DNA of 64,000 nt, taken from assembly GCA_965222615.1 (NCBI GenBank), contig CBDCUI010000009.1, forward strand, positions 896,001-960,000. Reading direction: 5' to 3'. Shown here in pieces: positions 42,601 through 54,250 of the stretch. The notes under the pieces were generated by a model. That model was not told where the DNA came from. It worked only from the letters and a program-made list of their open reading frames with translations, and did not search any database. Origin of the DNA: Gammaproteobacteria bacterium (GTDB taxonomy: Bacteria; Pseudomonadota; Gammaproteobacteria; UBA4575). The position numbers and the translations under genes were made by a program. Every line of letters starts with the position of its first letter. The first letter of the stretch is position 1.

Positions 42601-45600
42601 GGATGGACAAGCAAGTGCAAACGCCAACTTTAGTTGGCAGGTACTTTCATCAAATAGTGCCCCTGTGGTTACCTCACCGGGCGATCAAAACAACCAAGTG
42701 GATGACACGATATCACTCACAATTACAGCTACGGATATTGATAACGACCCACTGACTTATCAAGCAACGGGCTTACCGACAGGCTTAGTCATTAACGCCA
42801 GCACTGGTGTAATTAGCGGTACGCTTACAGAAGTGGGACAGTACACCACACAAGTCAGTGTGAGTGATGGACAAGAGGCGACAGTAATACAATTTACTTG
42901 GTCTGTACTAGTTAATAATTTACCGCCAACACTAGACCCAATTGCAAATCAAAATAATGTAGTGGGCGATAGCATATCTTTACAATTATCTGCAACAGAT
43001 CCGAATAACGACCCCATCGCCTATAGCGCCACCGGCTTACCAGATGGATTAAACCTGAATACACAAACAGGATTGATAAGCGGGCAAACATCGCTTGCCA
43101 ATGTATTTAATGTAAGCGTTTCCGTTAGTGACGGAGAATTAGCTAGTAACCGTAGTTTTACTTGGACCGTCACTGCAGCACCGGAGCCTATCGTAATTAA
43201 TCCACTGTCTTCTGCACCAGTAGAGACAGGAGTCACGCAGAACTATGTCGGCTCCGCACAAGGTGATGGAGTACTTGAATATAGTTGGTTATTTGGTGAC
43301 GGTAGTCCGGCCACCAGCTTTTCAACCGATTCAAGTGCTTCGCATGTGTTTAATGCACCCGGTCGTTATCTGGTTACCTTAACGGTGAGAAACCAAACCT
43401 CACAGGCCAGCACGACATTCACGCAAGCGGTACATTTGCCTCTAGCAAATGGTACAGCAAGTGGCGATGCAACAATTGTCTATGAAGATACTACAGGGGT
43501 TGCGCGAGTTTGGGCCGTGAATCCAGATAATGACACCGTTACTGTTATCAATGTTGCTACTCAAACAAAAATTACGGAAATTGCAACTGGTACAAAACCG
43601 GTTTCCTTAGTGCTTGATGCGGCAAATAATGAACTGCTTGTTGTTAATAAAAAATCAGCTTCTATTACACGCATATCATTGGCAACTTTAGCTTTAGTCG
43701 ATGAAATAAGCTTACCTAGAGGATCGCAACCGCATGGTATCGCGATAAATGCAGGAACTGGATATATTTATGTAGCTTTAGAAGCATTAAAGCAAGTTAT
43801 TCAAATTGATTCGATTACTAATCAAATTGTCAATACTCTAAACTTATCCAACAACATCCGGCATTTAACACTATCGCCTGATGGATCGGTTTTGTATGCA
43901 CCATTATTTAAAACCCCTAAAATTCCAGGAGAAGATACTTCCTCTCCATCTGTACTCGACGGCAATAATCAAATCGTCGGTGGCATAGTTAATCGTATTT
44001 TGACCGACAGTTTCACACTGGATAGTCCTATTGTCTTACCTCATAGTGATGCACTTGTCTCGGAGCATTCGGGACCCGGTCTACCAAACTATCTACGCAA
44101 TTTGTCGATTTCCCCAGATGGAATTAATGCCTATGTTCCATCCAAACAAGATAATATTTTAGCCGGAACCGCACGCAGCTCGACATTACTTGATCATGAT
44201 CACACAGTACGTGCCATTGTTTCTCAAGTTGATTTAGTTAATGCCATGGCTTTGTTAAATAACCGAGTCGACATTGACAATTCCAGTGTTGCTTCTGCAG
44301 CAGCTTATGGCCCATTTGGAAATTATTTATTTGTTGCACTTGAAGGAAACCGCATGGTGTCTATTGTAGATGCCTATCGAGGCGAAGAATTGTTTAGATT
44401 TGTAACAGGTCGCGCACCGCAAGGATTAGTGACTAGCCCAGATGGCACTATGTTGTTTGTACATAACTTTTTAGATCGTACGGTGAGTATTCATGATATA
44501 TCAAAAATTACTCTTGAAGGTGTCAACCAACTAACTAATGTTGCTTCGATTCCCTTAGTCGCGAATGAAAAATTGTCACCAACAGTTTTACTTGGTAAGC
44601 AACATTTCTACGATGCACTAGATCCACGTTTAACTCTGGAAGTCTATATGAGTTGTGCAAGCTGTCATAACGATGGTGATGACGACGGACGCATTTGGGA
44701 CTTCACTCAATTTGGTGAAGGCTTGAGAAGTACAATCAGTCTGATTGGTCAAGCAGGTGCTTTACATGGCCCGGTACACTGGACCGGTAACTTTGATGAG
44801 ATTCAGGATTTTGAAGGACAAATTCGATCTTTCGCCGGTGGATTGGGACTAATGGATGATGTCGACTTTAATCAAGGTACTCGTTCGCAACCATTGGGAG
44901 ATACAAAGGCCGGAGTTAGTCCAAACTTAGATGCACTGGCGGCGTACTTGGAATCTCTATCCACTGTGGAACCCAGCCCTTATCGCGAAAGTGATGGTGA
45001 ACTCACCGCGAATGCACAAGCCGGTAAACAATTATTTGCCGATAATAACTGTGCCGATTGTCATAACGGTAGTCGCTTTAGCGATAGCGCACTGGATACA
45101 CGCCATGATGTAGGAACCCTAGATGCGGATAGCGGACAACGTTTGGGAGGCTTGTTGGATGGTTTGGATACCCCAACCCTTAGAGGTTTATGGATGAGCG
45201 CCCCTTACTTACACGATGGTTCGCAAGATACTCTTGAAGGCGCTATTCTTTCGCATACCACTTTGAACATCAGCACATCTGATGCTGCCTTAATCGCTGA
45301 ATATCTATTGCAGCTGGACGAAGAAGAAATTGCGCCTACAACACAAGAAACTTTATTGCAATCAATTTCAATACCCGCTGTTGGTACAGATTGGGTACCG
45401 GTAACGGTTACCGGATCTTACACCGACATGGTTGTCGTCTGTTCCATTGTGCAAACAAATAACTTTGTGCCACAAATCACACGTGTACGCGTAACTGCAA
45501 ATAATCAATTCGAAGTAAGACTACAAAGTCCATCTAATAATATTTTGTTAAATGAAAGAGTAGACTGTGTAGTTGCCGAGCAAGGCAATTGGTTATTACC

Positions 45601-46207
45601 TAATGGTGATCAATTTGAAGCGAGGCTGTATCAAAGTTCGATTACGGATAGAAAAGGTTCATGGATAGGTGAGCAACAAAACTACTTAAATAGCTACATT
45701 AATCCGGTAGTGATTGGCCAAGTCATGTCTTATAACGATTCGAATTGGTCAACATTTTGGAACCAAGGTTCTGCGCGTAGAAATATTCCATCCAATACAG
45801 TGATAAAAACAGGCAAGATGGTAGGTGAAGATCCAAATACAACGCGTAGTACCGAGACAATCGGCTATATGGTGTTTGAGCGCAATTCAGGAACGATAAA
45901 TGGAATTGAATTCGAAACAGCGGTTGGAACCGATAGCATACGAGGATGGAATAATTCTGCATCTGGAAATACTTATAGCCTACTCAATTCATATGCAACC
46001 ACATCGATTTCAATTGCATCGATCACAGCCATGGATGGCAATAATGGTGGTTGGTCTACAATAAGAGGACCGGTTTTTGGCAATCAATTAACTATAAGCA
46101 TCGATGAAGACCAAGTGTTGGATACAGAAAGAAATCATACCACGGAGCAAGTTAGTTATTTAATAATGAGTGAAAGCGGAGTGGTACCTCTTACAAAAGT
46201 GGAGTAA
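39686..46207 (+). CDS. 2173-aa exported multidomain protein: galactose-oxidase-like copper radical oxidase, Ig-like repeats, PA14, F5/8-C (CBM32-like), PKD, YVTN propeller, diheme cytochrome c domain, C-terminal repeats
   Basis: HDMFCS, RWYP, RNYHS, STTHA; ATGLPTGL Ig repeats; SDDGS (PA14); AIDGDVNTIWH; WLFGDG (PKD); CASCH and CADCH. Confidence 0.85.
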   Translation: MGNYVSNKLYSFTKLPTNFLLACILFLFFITQSYVLAGPEDPQDGGAWGPITSWPMIPVSAANLPDGRIIAWASNERTTFPSSVNNESTYTAVWDPQSNSFIEIPHPSHDMFCSHHVMLEDGNVFVSGGRNQGNTPFTSIFNHQTNQWEQLANMNRGRWYPTSVALADGTIMTAIGSGGGNTAELWDGTSSWNLLGGLNFDVPILNYGHGERDWWPLLHLAPDGQIFHSGPTPDMHMINTSGNGSITQTNTHTDWYPKHGATVMYDEGKLLTAGGWVGANNVSSSNQAMVIDLNGPSPQITPIASMHHARKFQNGVTLPNGEVLIVGGNTSGLKFDDSGTIYSVEIWNPDTQLWREGASMDVPRNYHSVALLMLDGRVYSAGGGLCGCSADHQDHQIYSPPYLFNADGSHASRPVILQVPGVVEAGQTISVAATAGLAEFSLVKMSSTTHAINTDLRYLPVTMNEVTPGNYQLNLHANTNVLTPGYWMLFALNAQGTPSIAKAIRVSTQGLQSGPPTIKQMSDLANRIQETVNLTLVTSDPDGEALTFTATNLPPGLTLNSLSGTITGAPNQAGTYNTTITVADSSGGTDATSFTWNVLAGAGQQGVRYEYYQGDWNTLPNFDQLQPISTGIIPNFSISPAAQADYFGFRYSSQITITTAGNYTFYTNSDDGSQLFINDQLVVDNNGLHAPQERSGSITLAAGNHDIRVTFFEKTGGANLVVSYAGPNIAKQTIPNSVLFVPTFQGVQSTRYVRLTALSEINAKPWTSAAEINLLDTNGQALTRSAWTVSASSMELTGENGAASNAIDGDVNTIWHTEWFSQAGDDNDPAHPHHFIIDLGAVNDISGLTYLPRPGAGNGTIKAYEIYVSGDGINWGTPIHVGEFTSTGLNTVTFVDEPQPTNNAPTIVNPGTQNNSSGDTIALSISAADSDGDILTYSATGLPTGLSVNSATGLISGTVTTAQTFNTTITVSDGQASANANFSWQVLSSNSAPVVTSPGDQNNQVDDTISLTITATDIDNDPLTYQATGLPTGLVINASTGVISGTLTEVGQYTTQVSVSDGQEATVIQFTWSVLVNNLPPTLDPIANQNNVVGDSISLQLSATDPNNDPIAYSATGLPDGLNLNTQTGLISGQTSLANVFNVSVSVSDGELASNRSFTWTVTAAPEPIVINPLSSAPVETGVTQNYVGSAQGDGVLEYSWLFGDGSPATSFSTDSSASHVFNAPGRYLVTLTVRNQTSQASTTFTQAVHLPLANGTASGDATIVYEDTTGVARVWAVNPDNDTVTVINVATQTKITEIATGTKPVSLVLDAANNELLVVNKKSASITRISLATLALVDEISLPRGSQPHGIAINAGTGYIYVALEALKQVIQIDSITNQIVNTLNLSNNIRHLTLSPDGSVLYAPLFKTPKIPGEDTSSPSVLDGNNQIVGGIVNRILTDSFTLDSPIVLPHSDALVSEHSGPGLPNYLRNLSISPDGINAYVPSKQDNILAGTARSSTLLDHDHTVRAIVSQVDLVNAMALLNNRVDIDNSSVASAAAYGPFGNYLFVALEGNRMVSIVDAYRGEELFRFVTGRAPQGLVTSPDGTMLFVHNFLDRTVSIHDISKITLEGVNQLTNVASIPLVANEKLSPTVLLGKQHFYDALDPRLTLEVYMSCASCHNDGDDDGRIWDFTQFGEGLRSTISLIGQAGALHGPVHWTGNFDEIQDFEGQIRSFAGGLGLMDDVDFNQGTRSQPLGDTKAGVSPNLDALAAYLESLSTVEPSPYRESDGELTANAQAGKQLFADNNCADCHNGSRFSDSALDTRHDVGTLDADSGQRLGGLLDGLDTPTLRGLWMSAPYLHDGSQDTLEGAILSHTTLNISTSDAALIAEYLLQLDEEEIAPTTQETLLQSISIPAVGTDWVPVTVTGSYTDMVVVCSIVQTNNFVPQITRVRVTANNQFEVRLQSPSNNILLNERVDCVVAEQGNWLLPNGDQFEARLYQSSITDRKGSWIGEQQNYLNSYINPVVIGQVMSYNDSNWSTFWNQGSARRNIPSNTVIKTGKMVGEDPNTTRSTETIGYMVFERNSGTINGIEFETAVGTDSIRGWNNSASGNTYSLLNSYATTSISIASITAMDGNNGGWSTIRGPVFGNQLTISIDEDQVLDTERNHTTEQVSYLIMSESGVVPLTKVE

Positions 46208-46242
46208 TACTCGTTATATGGCTTCGCCATTATTAAACGGTT

Positions 46243-46307
46243 CGTATCTTCCCTGATGCGGGCTCTCACTCGTGTATCCTTACACTCGCCCGGCGATTTT
46301 GTGAACC
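46243..46307 (-). repeat. GGA-loop hairpin repeat (family B)
   Basis: Minus strand acaaaatcgccggg...gtgtaaggatacac...cgcatcagggaagatacg. Confidence 0.5.
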
Positions 46308-46391
46308 TCTGTTCGGCTCCACTCTATCCCCACCAACGTCTTTAAAAAAGAAACTTCACTTTTGGTGAAAGCTTCTTTTCATAAATAGAGA

Positions 46392-46433
46392 ATGGCTTCG
46401 CCATGCTTAACTTGCGACTAATACCCAGTCGCA
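46392..46433. repeat. tRNA-3'-linked double-hairpin unit (family C)
   Basis: atggcttcgccat-gc-ttaact-tgcgact-aataccc-agtcgca; homologous to three units at 55919-56050. Confidence 0.55.
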
Positions 46434-46437
46434 TGTG

Positions 46438-46514
46438 TGGTCGGGGTGAGAGGATTTGAACCTCCGACCACCGCAACCCCATTGCGGTGCGCTACCAGGC
46501 TGCGCTACACCCCG
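46438..46514 (-). tRNA. tRNA-Pro(GGG)
   Basis: CGGGGTGTAGCGCAGCCTGGTAGCGCACCGCAATGGGGTTGCGGTGGTCGGAGGTTCAAATCCTCTCACCCCGACCA. Confidence 0.97.
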
Positions 46515-46555
46515 ATATTAGAAAAAACCGAATATGAATTAAATTATAGAGTGAT

Positions 46556-46915
46556 TTATTGACGTTTTAAAACTTGCAGCAAGTCTTCTAGTTCTACGCG
46601 CATCTGATGAACAAGTTGCTGACTTTGATTGTTATCTTCTTTTGCTGAAGATCCAGCGAGCTTAAGTCTCGCACCACCAATAGTGTAGCCTTGCTCATAC
46701 AAGAGACTACGAATTTGGCGAATTAGAATGACATCATGACGTTGGTAATAACGACGGTTGCCACGTCTTTTTACTGGCTTTAATGAAGGGAATTCTTGTT
46801 CCCAATACCGCAACACATGTGGTTTAACCCCACATAACTCACTCACTTCACCAATTGTAAAATAGCGCTTCCCAGGAATCGCCGGCAATTCATTATTGTT
46901 ATTAATTTCCAGCAT
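46556..46915 (-). CDS. MerR-family transcriptional regulator
   Basis: [23 protein letters not shown]; conserved gene after ihfA. Confidence 0.93.
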   Translation of the reverse strand: MLEINNNNELPAIPGKRYFTIGEVSELCGVKPHVLRYWEQEFPSLKPVKRRGNRRYYQRHDVILIRQIRSLLYEQGYTIGGARLKLAGSSAKEDNNQSQQLVHQMRVELEDLLQVLKRQ

Positions 46916-47195
46916 ATGCCTCAACTCTTGCTTTTAATTTTTGCCCAGGACGAAAAGTTACTACACGTCGTGCTGAAATAGGAATCTCTTCTCCAGTTTT
47001 CGGATTTCGGCCAGGTCGTTGATTTTTGTCCCGCAAAATAAAATTCCCAAAACCTGAAAGTTTAACTTCATGGCCTTGCTCCAATGCGAGCCGAACCTCC
47101 TCAAAGAATATTTCGACTAATTCTTTTGCTTCTCGCTTGTTGAGGCCTAACTCCTCAAACAAGTTTTCTGCCATTTCAGCTTTGGTTAGCGCCAT
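46902..47195 (-). CDS. ihfA: Integration host factor alpha subunit
   Basis: [29 protein letters not shown]. Confidence 0.98.
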   Translation of the reverse strand: MALTKAEMAENLFEELGLNKREAKELVEIFFEEVRLALEQGHEVKLSGFGNFILRDKNQRPGRNPKTGEEIPISARRVVTFRPGQKLKARVEAYAGN

Positions 47196-47200
47196 TGCAG

Positions 47201-49588
47201 TTATGTTCTTATTTCCGCTCCAACTTTATTACTAAGTTGAGAAATAATTAATGAGATTGTTTGTTCTATTTCTTTATCCGTAAGGGTGCGTGAAAACTCT
47301 TGCAAAATCAAGCCTAAAGAGACGCTTTTCTTAGAATCTGCTACACCTTTACCCGTATAAATACTGAAAATTTCGATGTTTTGGAGACATGAAATTTCCA
47401 TTTGTTCAATGTTTGTGCAAATTTCTTCGGCACTGATTGTTTCATCAACAATTAAAGTGATATCCCGACGGATCGAAGGGTATTTAGACAAGGACTGAAA
47501 TACAATCTCAGCAGATTCTCCCAGCAAATTATTTAACTGTAATTCAAATAAGAAAATGGGCTGGTCAATATCTAGCTTGGATTGAATACGTGGGTGCAAC
47601 TTACCAATTCGGCCAATAATTTGATTATCTACAATAACTTTAGCAGCTTGGCCAGGATGCAATGCCGGATCATTTAAAATTTCAAAATTAACCTTGCTGG
47701 TTGGCAAGAAAGCTATATCCAAGATTCGTTCTACATCACCCTTTAAGTCATAAAAATCTACTACTCTAGCTTCCTCCGACCATTGCTGCGGGTAATTTAA
47801 ACCTGTCACTAATCCAGCAAGAATCGGTGTTTGTTTTAGCCCCTGCTTAGTCTGCAGAAACTGTAGTCCATGCTCAAAAAATCGAATGCGGGTTTGTTGG
47901 CGATTCAAATTATATTGTGCCGCCTTAATCAAACCTGGCCATATACTGCTGCGCATCACCGCAAGCTCTTGAGAAATCGGATTCGCTAATACTTTAGACT
48001 TATGTTCAGGGTTCAACATGGATTCTATGCCCTGATCGACAAAGCTAAATGAAATGATTTCATGGTAACCAGATGTAACCAAAGCGCGTTTGATCAAAGT
48101 CAGCTTGTCAAAATTTGATGTTGCAGCTTTGTTTTGATAGGAAATATCATTTACTTGACCAGGTATGTTTTCATACCCTACCAGACGCACCACTTCTTCA
48201 ATCAAATCAACATCCATAGTTAAATCAAAACGAAAGCTTGGTGGAATAACTTGCAAACTATTGCCTGTTACTTGTACATCACAGCCTAAGCGCTTTAACA
48301 AATTCTCTACTTCTTCAATTGATATTTTTATACCCAGTAGTGATTCAACTTTAGAATGATCTAGTTTAATTTTGACAGGCCCCGTTACTGCAGCACCATT
48401 TTCTTCAAGAATTACCGGACCCGCCGTACCGCCAACCAATTCAAGTATTAGCTGGGTAGCTCTTTCTATTGCAAGTGGACTTAATTTAGGATCAACTCCA
48501 CGCTCAAAACGATGCGATGAATCCGTATGCAAACCATAGCGTCTTGCTTTACCAGAAATTGTCTCTGGCTTAAACGATGCACTTTCTAAAAAAATATCGG
48601 TAGTTTGATCATCAACTGCAGTACTACTTCCCCCCATAATACCTGCCAGAGCAATAGGTTGTTTTGCATCGGCGATTAGCAAATCATCACTTGCCAGCTC
48701 AACTACTTGACCATCAAGTAACTCTAGTTTTTCAGAGGCATCAGCAAATCGTACTGTGATCCCTTCTTCAAGTTTATTTAAATCAAACGCATGCATGGGT
48801 TGACCCAGTTCTAGCATTACGTAATTGGTTATATCAATGATGGCATTTAAGGACCGCAATCCAGCGCGTCGCAGTTTTTCCTGCATCCACATCGGACTTT
48901 GCGCTGATCCGGAAATACCTTCAATCACTCTACCCACATAGCGTGGACAATCCTGTTCAGTACGGATTGATACTGGAAAAATTGTTTGGCTGACACTATC
49001 TATCACGGCTGCAGGAATCGGGTTGTGTAAAGAAGTATCTAGCAGCGCAGAGACTTCCCTCGCCACGCCTTGAATACTTAAACAATCAGATCGATTTGGG
49101 GTTAAATCGATATCAATGATTGAGTCATCAAGTAAAAGAGCTTCGTACAACTCTGTTCCTAACGGATACTCGTTTGGCAATTCCATAATCCCTTGCGAAG
49201 ATTCAACCAAACCTAATTCCGATGCGGAACACAACATGCCAAAAGATTCAACACCACGTATTGTTTTTGCTTTAATTTTAAAGTTATCTAGAAGAACTGC
49301 ACCAACTTTTGCATAGGCAACTATAAGCCCTTTGCGTACATTAGCAGCACCACAAATTACTTTATGCGTTTCTCCCTGGCCGTCATCCACATCACATACA
49401 TACAATTTTTCAGCATCTGGGTGTTTTTCTGCGCTTAGTACCTTAGCTACCACCACACCTGAAAATTTAAGTGCTGCAGGCTCTACACTATCGACTTCCA
49501 ACCCAGCCATAGTCAAGCTATCTGCTAATTGCTGTGTGTTGACTTTGGGGCTTACCCATTCACGTAACCAGTTTTCACTTACACGCAT
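47201..49588 (-). CDS. pheT: Phenylalanine-tRNA ligase beta subunit
   Basis: [30 protein letters not shown]-terminal FDX-ACB domain. Confidence 0.98.
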   Translation of the reverse strand: MRVSENWLREWVSPKVNTQQLADSLTMAGLEVDSVEPAALKFSGVVVAKVLSAEKHPDAEKLYVCDVDDGQGETHKVICGAANVRKGLIVAYAKVGAVLLDNFKIKAKTIRGVESFGMLCSASELGLVESSQGIMELPNEYPLGTELYEALLLDDSIIDIDLTPNRSDCLSIQGVAREVSALLDTSLHNPIPAAVIDSVSQTIFPVSIRTEQDCPRYVGRVIEGISGSAQSPMWMQEKLRRAGLRSLNAIIDITNYVMLELGQPMHAFDLNKLEEGITVRFADASEKLELLDGQVVELASDDLLIADAKQPIALAGIMGGSSTAVDDQTTDIFLESASFKPETISGKARRYGLHTDSSHRFERGVDPKLSPLAIERATQLILELVGGTAGPVILEENGAAVTGPVKIKLDHSKVESLLGIKISIEEVENLLKRLGCDVQVTGNSLQVIPPSFRFDLTMDVDLIEEVVRLVGYENIPGQVNDISYQNKAATSNFDKLTLIKRALVTSGYHEIISFSFVDQGIESMLNPEHKSKVLANPISQELAVMRSSIWPGLIKAAQYNLNRQQTRIRFFEHGLQFLQTKQGLKQTPILAGLVTGLNYPQQWSEEARVVDFYDLKGDVERILDIAFLPTSKVNFEILNDPALHPGQAAKVIVDNQIIGRIGKLHPRIQSKLDIDQPIFLFELQLNNLLGESAEIVFQSLSKYPSIRRDITLIVDETISAEEICTNIEQMEISCLQNIEIFSIYTGKGVADSKKSVSLGLILQEFSRTLTDKEIEQTISLIISQLSNKVGAEIRT

Positions 49589-49598
49589 AACCCATACC

Positions 49599-50606
<1,008 letters not shown>

Positions 50607-50657
50607 CTAACTAAAGCTATTTTTGTATGCTTTGAATTATTCATCGATTTTTCAAAC

Positions 50658-50689
50658 AAAAAAGGGAAAGGCATCGCCTCTCCCTTTTT
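50658..50689. terminator. Intrinsic terminator between rplT and pheS
   Basis: aaaaagggaaaggc-atc-gcctctccctttt hairpin with U-tract on the minus strand. Confidence 0.75.
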
Positions 50690-50740
50690 AAACTAAATTT
50701 TAATATTTTGCGCTGCAATTAATATGTAACGAATTTATTT

Positions 50741-50859
50741 TGAAGTTCTGATTTGATTTGAGACGAGGCAAAAAATATTGAAAAAGCGGAGTTTACACGT
50801 TAGTAAATGAGTATTTTGAAATATTTTTTAACAAAGTATCAAATCGAATCAGAGCTTCA
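50741..50859. repeat. Palindromic intergenic repeat, family A copy 2
   Basis: 21-bp terminal IR (19/21); core aggcaaaaaat.ttga...aaagc.gagtttaca...gtaaatgag.attttgaaa.attttttaac shared with 18112-18327. Confidence 0.75.
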
Positions 50860-51219
50860 GGAACTTGATAAGCTGGCTTTTGCTTGTTCTGCAATCTTAC
50901 CAAATGTATCGATGTCGTTAACCGCTAAGTCAGCTAATACCTTGCGATCAATTTCAATAGAGGCCTTGTTCAAACCATTCATTAAACGACTATAGGATAA
51001 ACCAAACTGTCTTGCAGCCGCGTTGATACGTACGATCCATAAAGATCGAAATTGGCGTTTGCGTTGGCGTCGATCACGGTATGCATACTGACCCGCTTTA
51101 ATTACTGCCTGCTTGGCAACACGGTACACATTTTTGCGTGCGCCATAATAGCCTTTGGCCTTTGCACGTACTTTTTTATGCTTAGCATGCGCAACTACTG
51201 ATCGTTTAGCTCTTGGCAT
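50857..51219 (-). CDS. rplT: 50S ribosomal protein L20
   Basis: [23 protein letters not shown]. Confidence 0.98.
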   Translation of the reverse strand: MPRAKRSVVAHAKHKKVRAKAKGYYGARKNVYRVAKQAVIKAGQYAYRDRRQRKRQFRSLWIVRINAAARQFGLSYSRLMNGLNKASIEIDRKVLADLAVNDIDTFGKIAEQAKASLSSS

Positions 51220-51246
51220 TTATTCTCTCCAAATTCTTTTCATTAC

Positions 51247-51444
51247 TTACGCATAGGGAAGCATTTGCTTCACAGACTTATTATCCGATTCTGCAATTAA
51301 AGCACTCGAACGCAACTGTCTTTTACGTTTGGTACTTTTCTTAGTGAGGATATGTCTTCCATGTGATTGAATACGTTTAAAACCACCTTTGGCAGTTTTT
51401 TTAAAACGCTTTGCAGCACCTCGATTAGTCTTTAATTTCGGCAT
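51247..51444 (-). CDS. rpmI: 50S ribosomal protein L35
   Basis: [21 protein letters not shown]. Confidence 0.98.
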   Translation of the reverse strand: MPKLKTNRGAAKRFKKTAKGGFKRIQSHGRHILTKKSTKRKRQLRSSALIAESDNKSVKQMLPYA

Positions 51445-51455
51445 TAGTATTCCAA

Positions 51456-51977
51456 TTACTTTTTACGTAAAGGTGCAAATACCATAACTAGCTGTCGCCC
51501 TTCAAGTTTTGGTCTTTGCTCTACTTCACCATATTCTTTTAAATCATCTTCTATTCGATCAAGTAATCTAGCACCAAGTTCTTGATGCATCATTTCTCGA
51601 CCTCTAAATCGGATCGTTACTTTGGTTTTATTATTATTCGTTAAAAATTCAATAATCTTTTTTAGTTTTACCTGGTAGTCACTTTCTTCAGTTCCCGGAC
51701 GAAATTTAATTTCTTTAACATGAATTGTTTTTTGTCTTTTGCGCGCTACTTGAGCTTTTTTACTTTGTTCAAACTTAAATTTGCCATAATCCATCACTCG
51801 GCAAACTGGTGGACTGGCATTGGGAACAATTTCTACTAAATCAAGATCAGCATCTATTGCTATTTGTTGAGCTTGATCGATATCTACTACCCCAACATTT
51901 TCTCCATCACTTCCGATCAGGCGTACTTCCCGATCAGTAATTTCTTCATTTAAACGGTTCTCTTTCGCTGCGCTGAT
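51456..51977 (-). CDS. infC: Translation initiation factor IF-3 (non-canonical ATC start)
   Basis: Frame extends 60 codons upstream of the listed ORF ([13 protein letters not shown]...VRLIG...DLVEI...[11 protein letters not shown]); GGAGG RBS, with an in-frame TAG two codons before ATC. Confidence 0.93.
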   Translation of the reverse strand: MSAAKENRLNEEITDREVRLIGSDGENVGVVDIDQAQQIAIDADLDLVEIVPNASPPVCRVMDYGKFKFEQSKKAQVARKRQKTIHVKEIKFRPGTEESDYQVKLKKIIEFLTNNNKTKVTIRFRGREMMHQELGARLLDRIEDDLKEYGEVEQRPKLEGRQLVMVFAPLRKK

Positions 51978-52000
51978 ATCCTATTCCTCCAAACAAAAAA

Positions 52001-53911
52001 CTAATGGCCGCGGTGCGCGCTTTCTTCGATAAACATTTGAGTAATAGTACTCATATCCATCGATCCCAGGTCTTTACCACTGCGCGTACGAACGGCCAAC
52101 TGATTCGCGGTGACTTCACGATCACCTGCCACTAACATATAAGGTATATGGGCAAGTGTGTGCTCGCGAATCTTAAAGCCAATCTTCTCATTTCTCAAGT
52201 CAGAAATGACTCTGAACCCTTGATTTTTAAGCGTTTCTTGCATCGAACCGACATAATCCGCTTGTCGATCGGTAATATTAAGCAAAACGGCTTGCGTCGG
52301 AGCAAGCCAAAACGGCAAGTCACCCGCATAGTTTTCAATAAGAATCCCAATAAATCGCTCCAATGAACCCAAAATGGCGCGGTGGATCATTACTGGAACT
52401 TGACGCGTTCCATCCTCAGCAACATAAGTGGCATCCAAGCGCCCAGGCATGGAAAAATCAACTTGGATAGTCCCACATTGCCATATACGCCCAATGCAAT
52501 CATGTAGCGTGAATTCAATCTTAGGACCGTAAAACGCACCTTCACCAGGTTGTAATTTGTATTCGAGACCTTGGTTTTTAAAGGCCATCTCTAGAGCTTC
52601 TTCGGCCTCATCCCAAAGCTTATCTTCTCCAACACGTTGTTCAGGTCTGGTTGAAAGCGCAAGCTCAATATCTTTGAAACCAAAATCATTATATACATCG
52701 AAAGTAAGTTGAATCAGTTCCGCTACTTCTTGTTGTAACTGTTCGCGCGTACAAAATATATGCGCATCATCTTGTACAAAGCGACGACAGCGCATCAAAC
52801 CATGCAATGTGCCTGAGGGTTCGTTGCGATGCACCAAGCCAAATTCAGAAAGCTTAAGGGGCAAATCGCGATAACTTTTTAAGCCTTGATTATAAATTTG
52901 CACATGCCCTGGACAGTTCATAGGTTTAATTGCGTACTCACGATTTTCAGATTGCGTAGCAAAAATCATGTCACCAAATTTATCCCAGTGACCAGATTTC
53001 TCCCATAATTTACGATCAAGTACTTGCGGAGTTAACACCTCTTGATAACCATGTTCGCGTATCTTATTACGTATATAGGTTTCAACTAGCCGATACAATG
53101 TAAACCCGCGGTCATGCCAAAATACCATTCCAGGCGCTTCATCCTGAAAATGAAACAAATCCATTTGCTTACCCAATTTTCGATGATCACGTTTTTCCGC
53201 TTCTTCTAACTGAGTTAAATAGGCCTTAAGTTGTTTTTTATCTGCCCAAGCTGTGCCATAAATACGCTGCAACATTTTGTTATTGGAATCACCGCGCCAA
53301 TAGGCGCCAGCAAGCTTGGTTAACTTAAAAGCACGCAAGTGCTTAGTGTTAGGGACATGTGGTCCTCGACACATGTCGGTGTATTCTTGATGATGATATA
53401 ACGCAATGATTTCATCATCTGGAATCTCAGATGCAATTTCGACTTTGTAATCTTCATCGCGGCCTTTGAATGTATCTACGGCTTTTTCTCGACTAACCAC
53501 TTCACGAATCACATCATAATCTTGCTTAATCAATTCCTGCATGCGTTTTTCAATAGCTTCTAAATCCTCTGGCGTAAAGGGACGTTCATATTCAATGTCA
53601 TAATAAAATCCATTTTCAATGACCGGGCCGATGGCCATCTTGGCAGTAGGATAAAGTTGCTTAATGGCATGCCCCATTAAATGCGCAAAAGAGTGGCGAA
53701 TAATATCGACCCCATCAGGATCCTTATTAGTAACGATCTCAACATTGGCATCGTCGGTGATATCGACACAGGCATCGGCAAGTTGGCCATTGATGCGCCC
53801 AGCAATAGTCGCCTTGGCAAGCCCAGGACCAATGGATTCCGCAACTTGTTGGATGGTTACAGGATGAGAAAATTCTTTTTGAGTTCCGTCAGGGAGGGTA
53901 ATGGTTGGCAT
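52001..53911 (-). CDS. thrS: Threonine-tRNA ligase
   Basis: TGS domain, [34 protein letters not shown]. Confidence 0.98.
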   Translation of the reverse strand: MPTITLPDGTQKEFSHPVTIQQVAESIGPGLAKATIAGRINGQLADACVDITDDANVEIVTNKDPDGVDIIRHSFAHLMGHAIKQLYPTAKMAIGPVIENGFYYDIEYERPFTPEDLEAIEKRMQELIKQDYDVIREVVSREKAVDTFKGRDEDYKVEIASEIPDDEIIALYHHQEYTDMCRGPHVPNTKHLRAFKLTKLAGAYWRGDSNNKMLQRIYGTAWADKKQLKAYLTQLEEAEKRDHRKLGKQMDLFHFQDEAPGMVFWHDRGFTLYRLVETYIRNKIREHGYQEVLTPQVLDRKLWEKSGHWDKFGDMIFATQSENREYAIKPMNCPGHVQIYNQGLKSYRDLPLKLSEFGLVHRNEPSGTLHGLMRCRRFVQDDAHIFCTREQLQQEVAELIQLTFDVYNDFGFKDIELALSTRPEQRVGEDKLWDEAEEALEMAFKNQGLEYKLQPGEGAFYGPKIEFTLHDCIGRIWQCGTIQVDFSMPGRLDATYVAEDGTRQVPVMIHRAILGSLERFIGILIENYAGDLPFWLAPTQAVLLNITDRQADYVGSMQETLKNQGFRVISDLRNEKIGFKIREHTLAHIPYMLVAGDREVTANQLAVRTRSGKDLGSMDMSTITQMFIEESAHRGH

Positions 53912-53930
53912 TCTATTTCCTTTGTCAGTG

Positions 53931-53951
53931 GTGACCTATACCAAGGGCCAC
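53931..53951 (-). promoter_or_regulatory. thrS translational operator hairpin mimicking the tRNA-Thr anticodon arm
   Basis: Minus strand GTGGCC-CTTGGTATA-GGTCAC then CACTG and the RBS; loop contains the Thr anticodon GGU. Confidence 0.65.
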
Positions 53952-54250
53952 ATGTCAGAATGTCTCTTTTGTTCTAATACGGCATTGCAGTTATTTTTGT
54001 GAAGCTCATTTACCTACTTGTAAACTTCACTTCCTAAAAATTCCCGCGCCTTGTATAGGAACAAACAAACTATTCTGATAATTAGTCAAAAAAGTTGGTG
54101 CAATTGTAAAGCTTCGGTTGCGAACACTCCACCCCATTCACCCGTTGAATGTCCATTACCAGCTGCCAAAAGCAGACTTTTGATTAATTTTATGAGCGCA
54201 AACTGATCATACCCTGGTTTGGTGGAGTCCAAGAAAGAGGATGGTTTAGT

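Noticed and set aside
50807-50995. 62-aa plus-strand ORF
   Set aside because: It starts inside repeat family A and is antisense to rplT.
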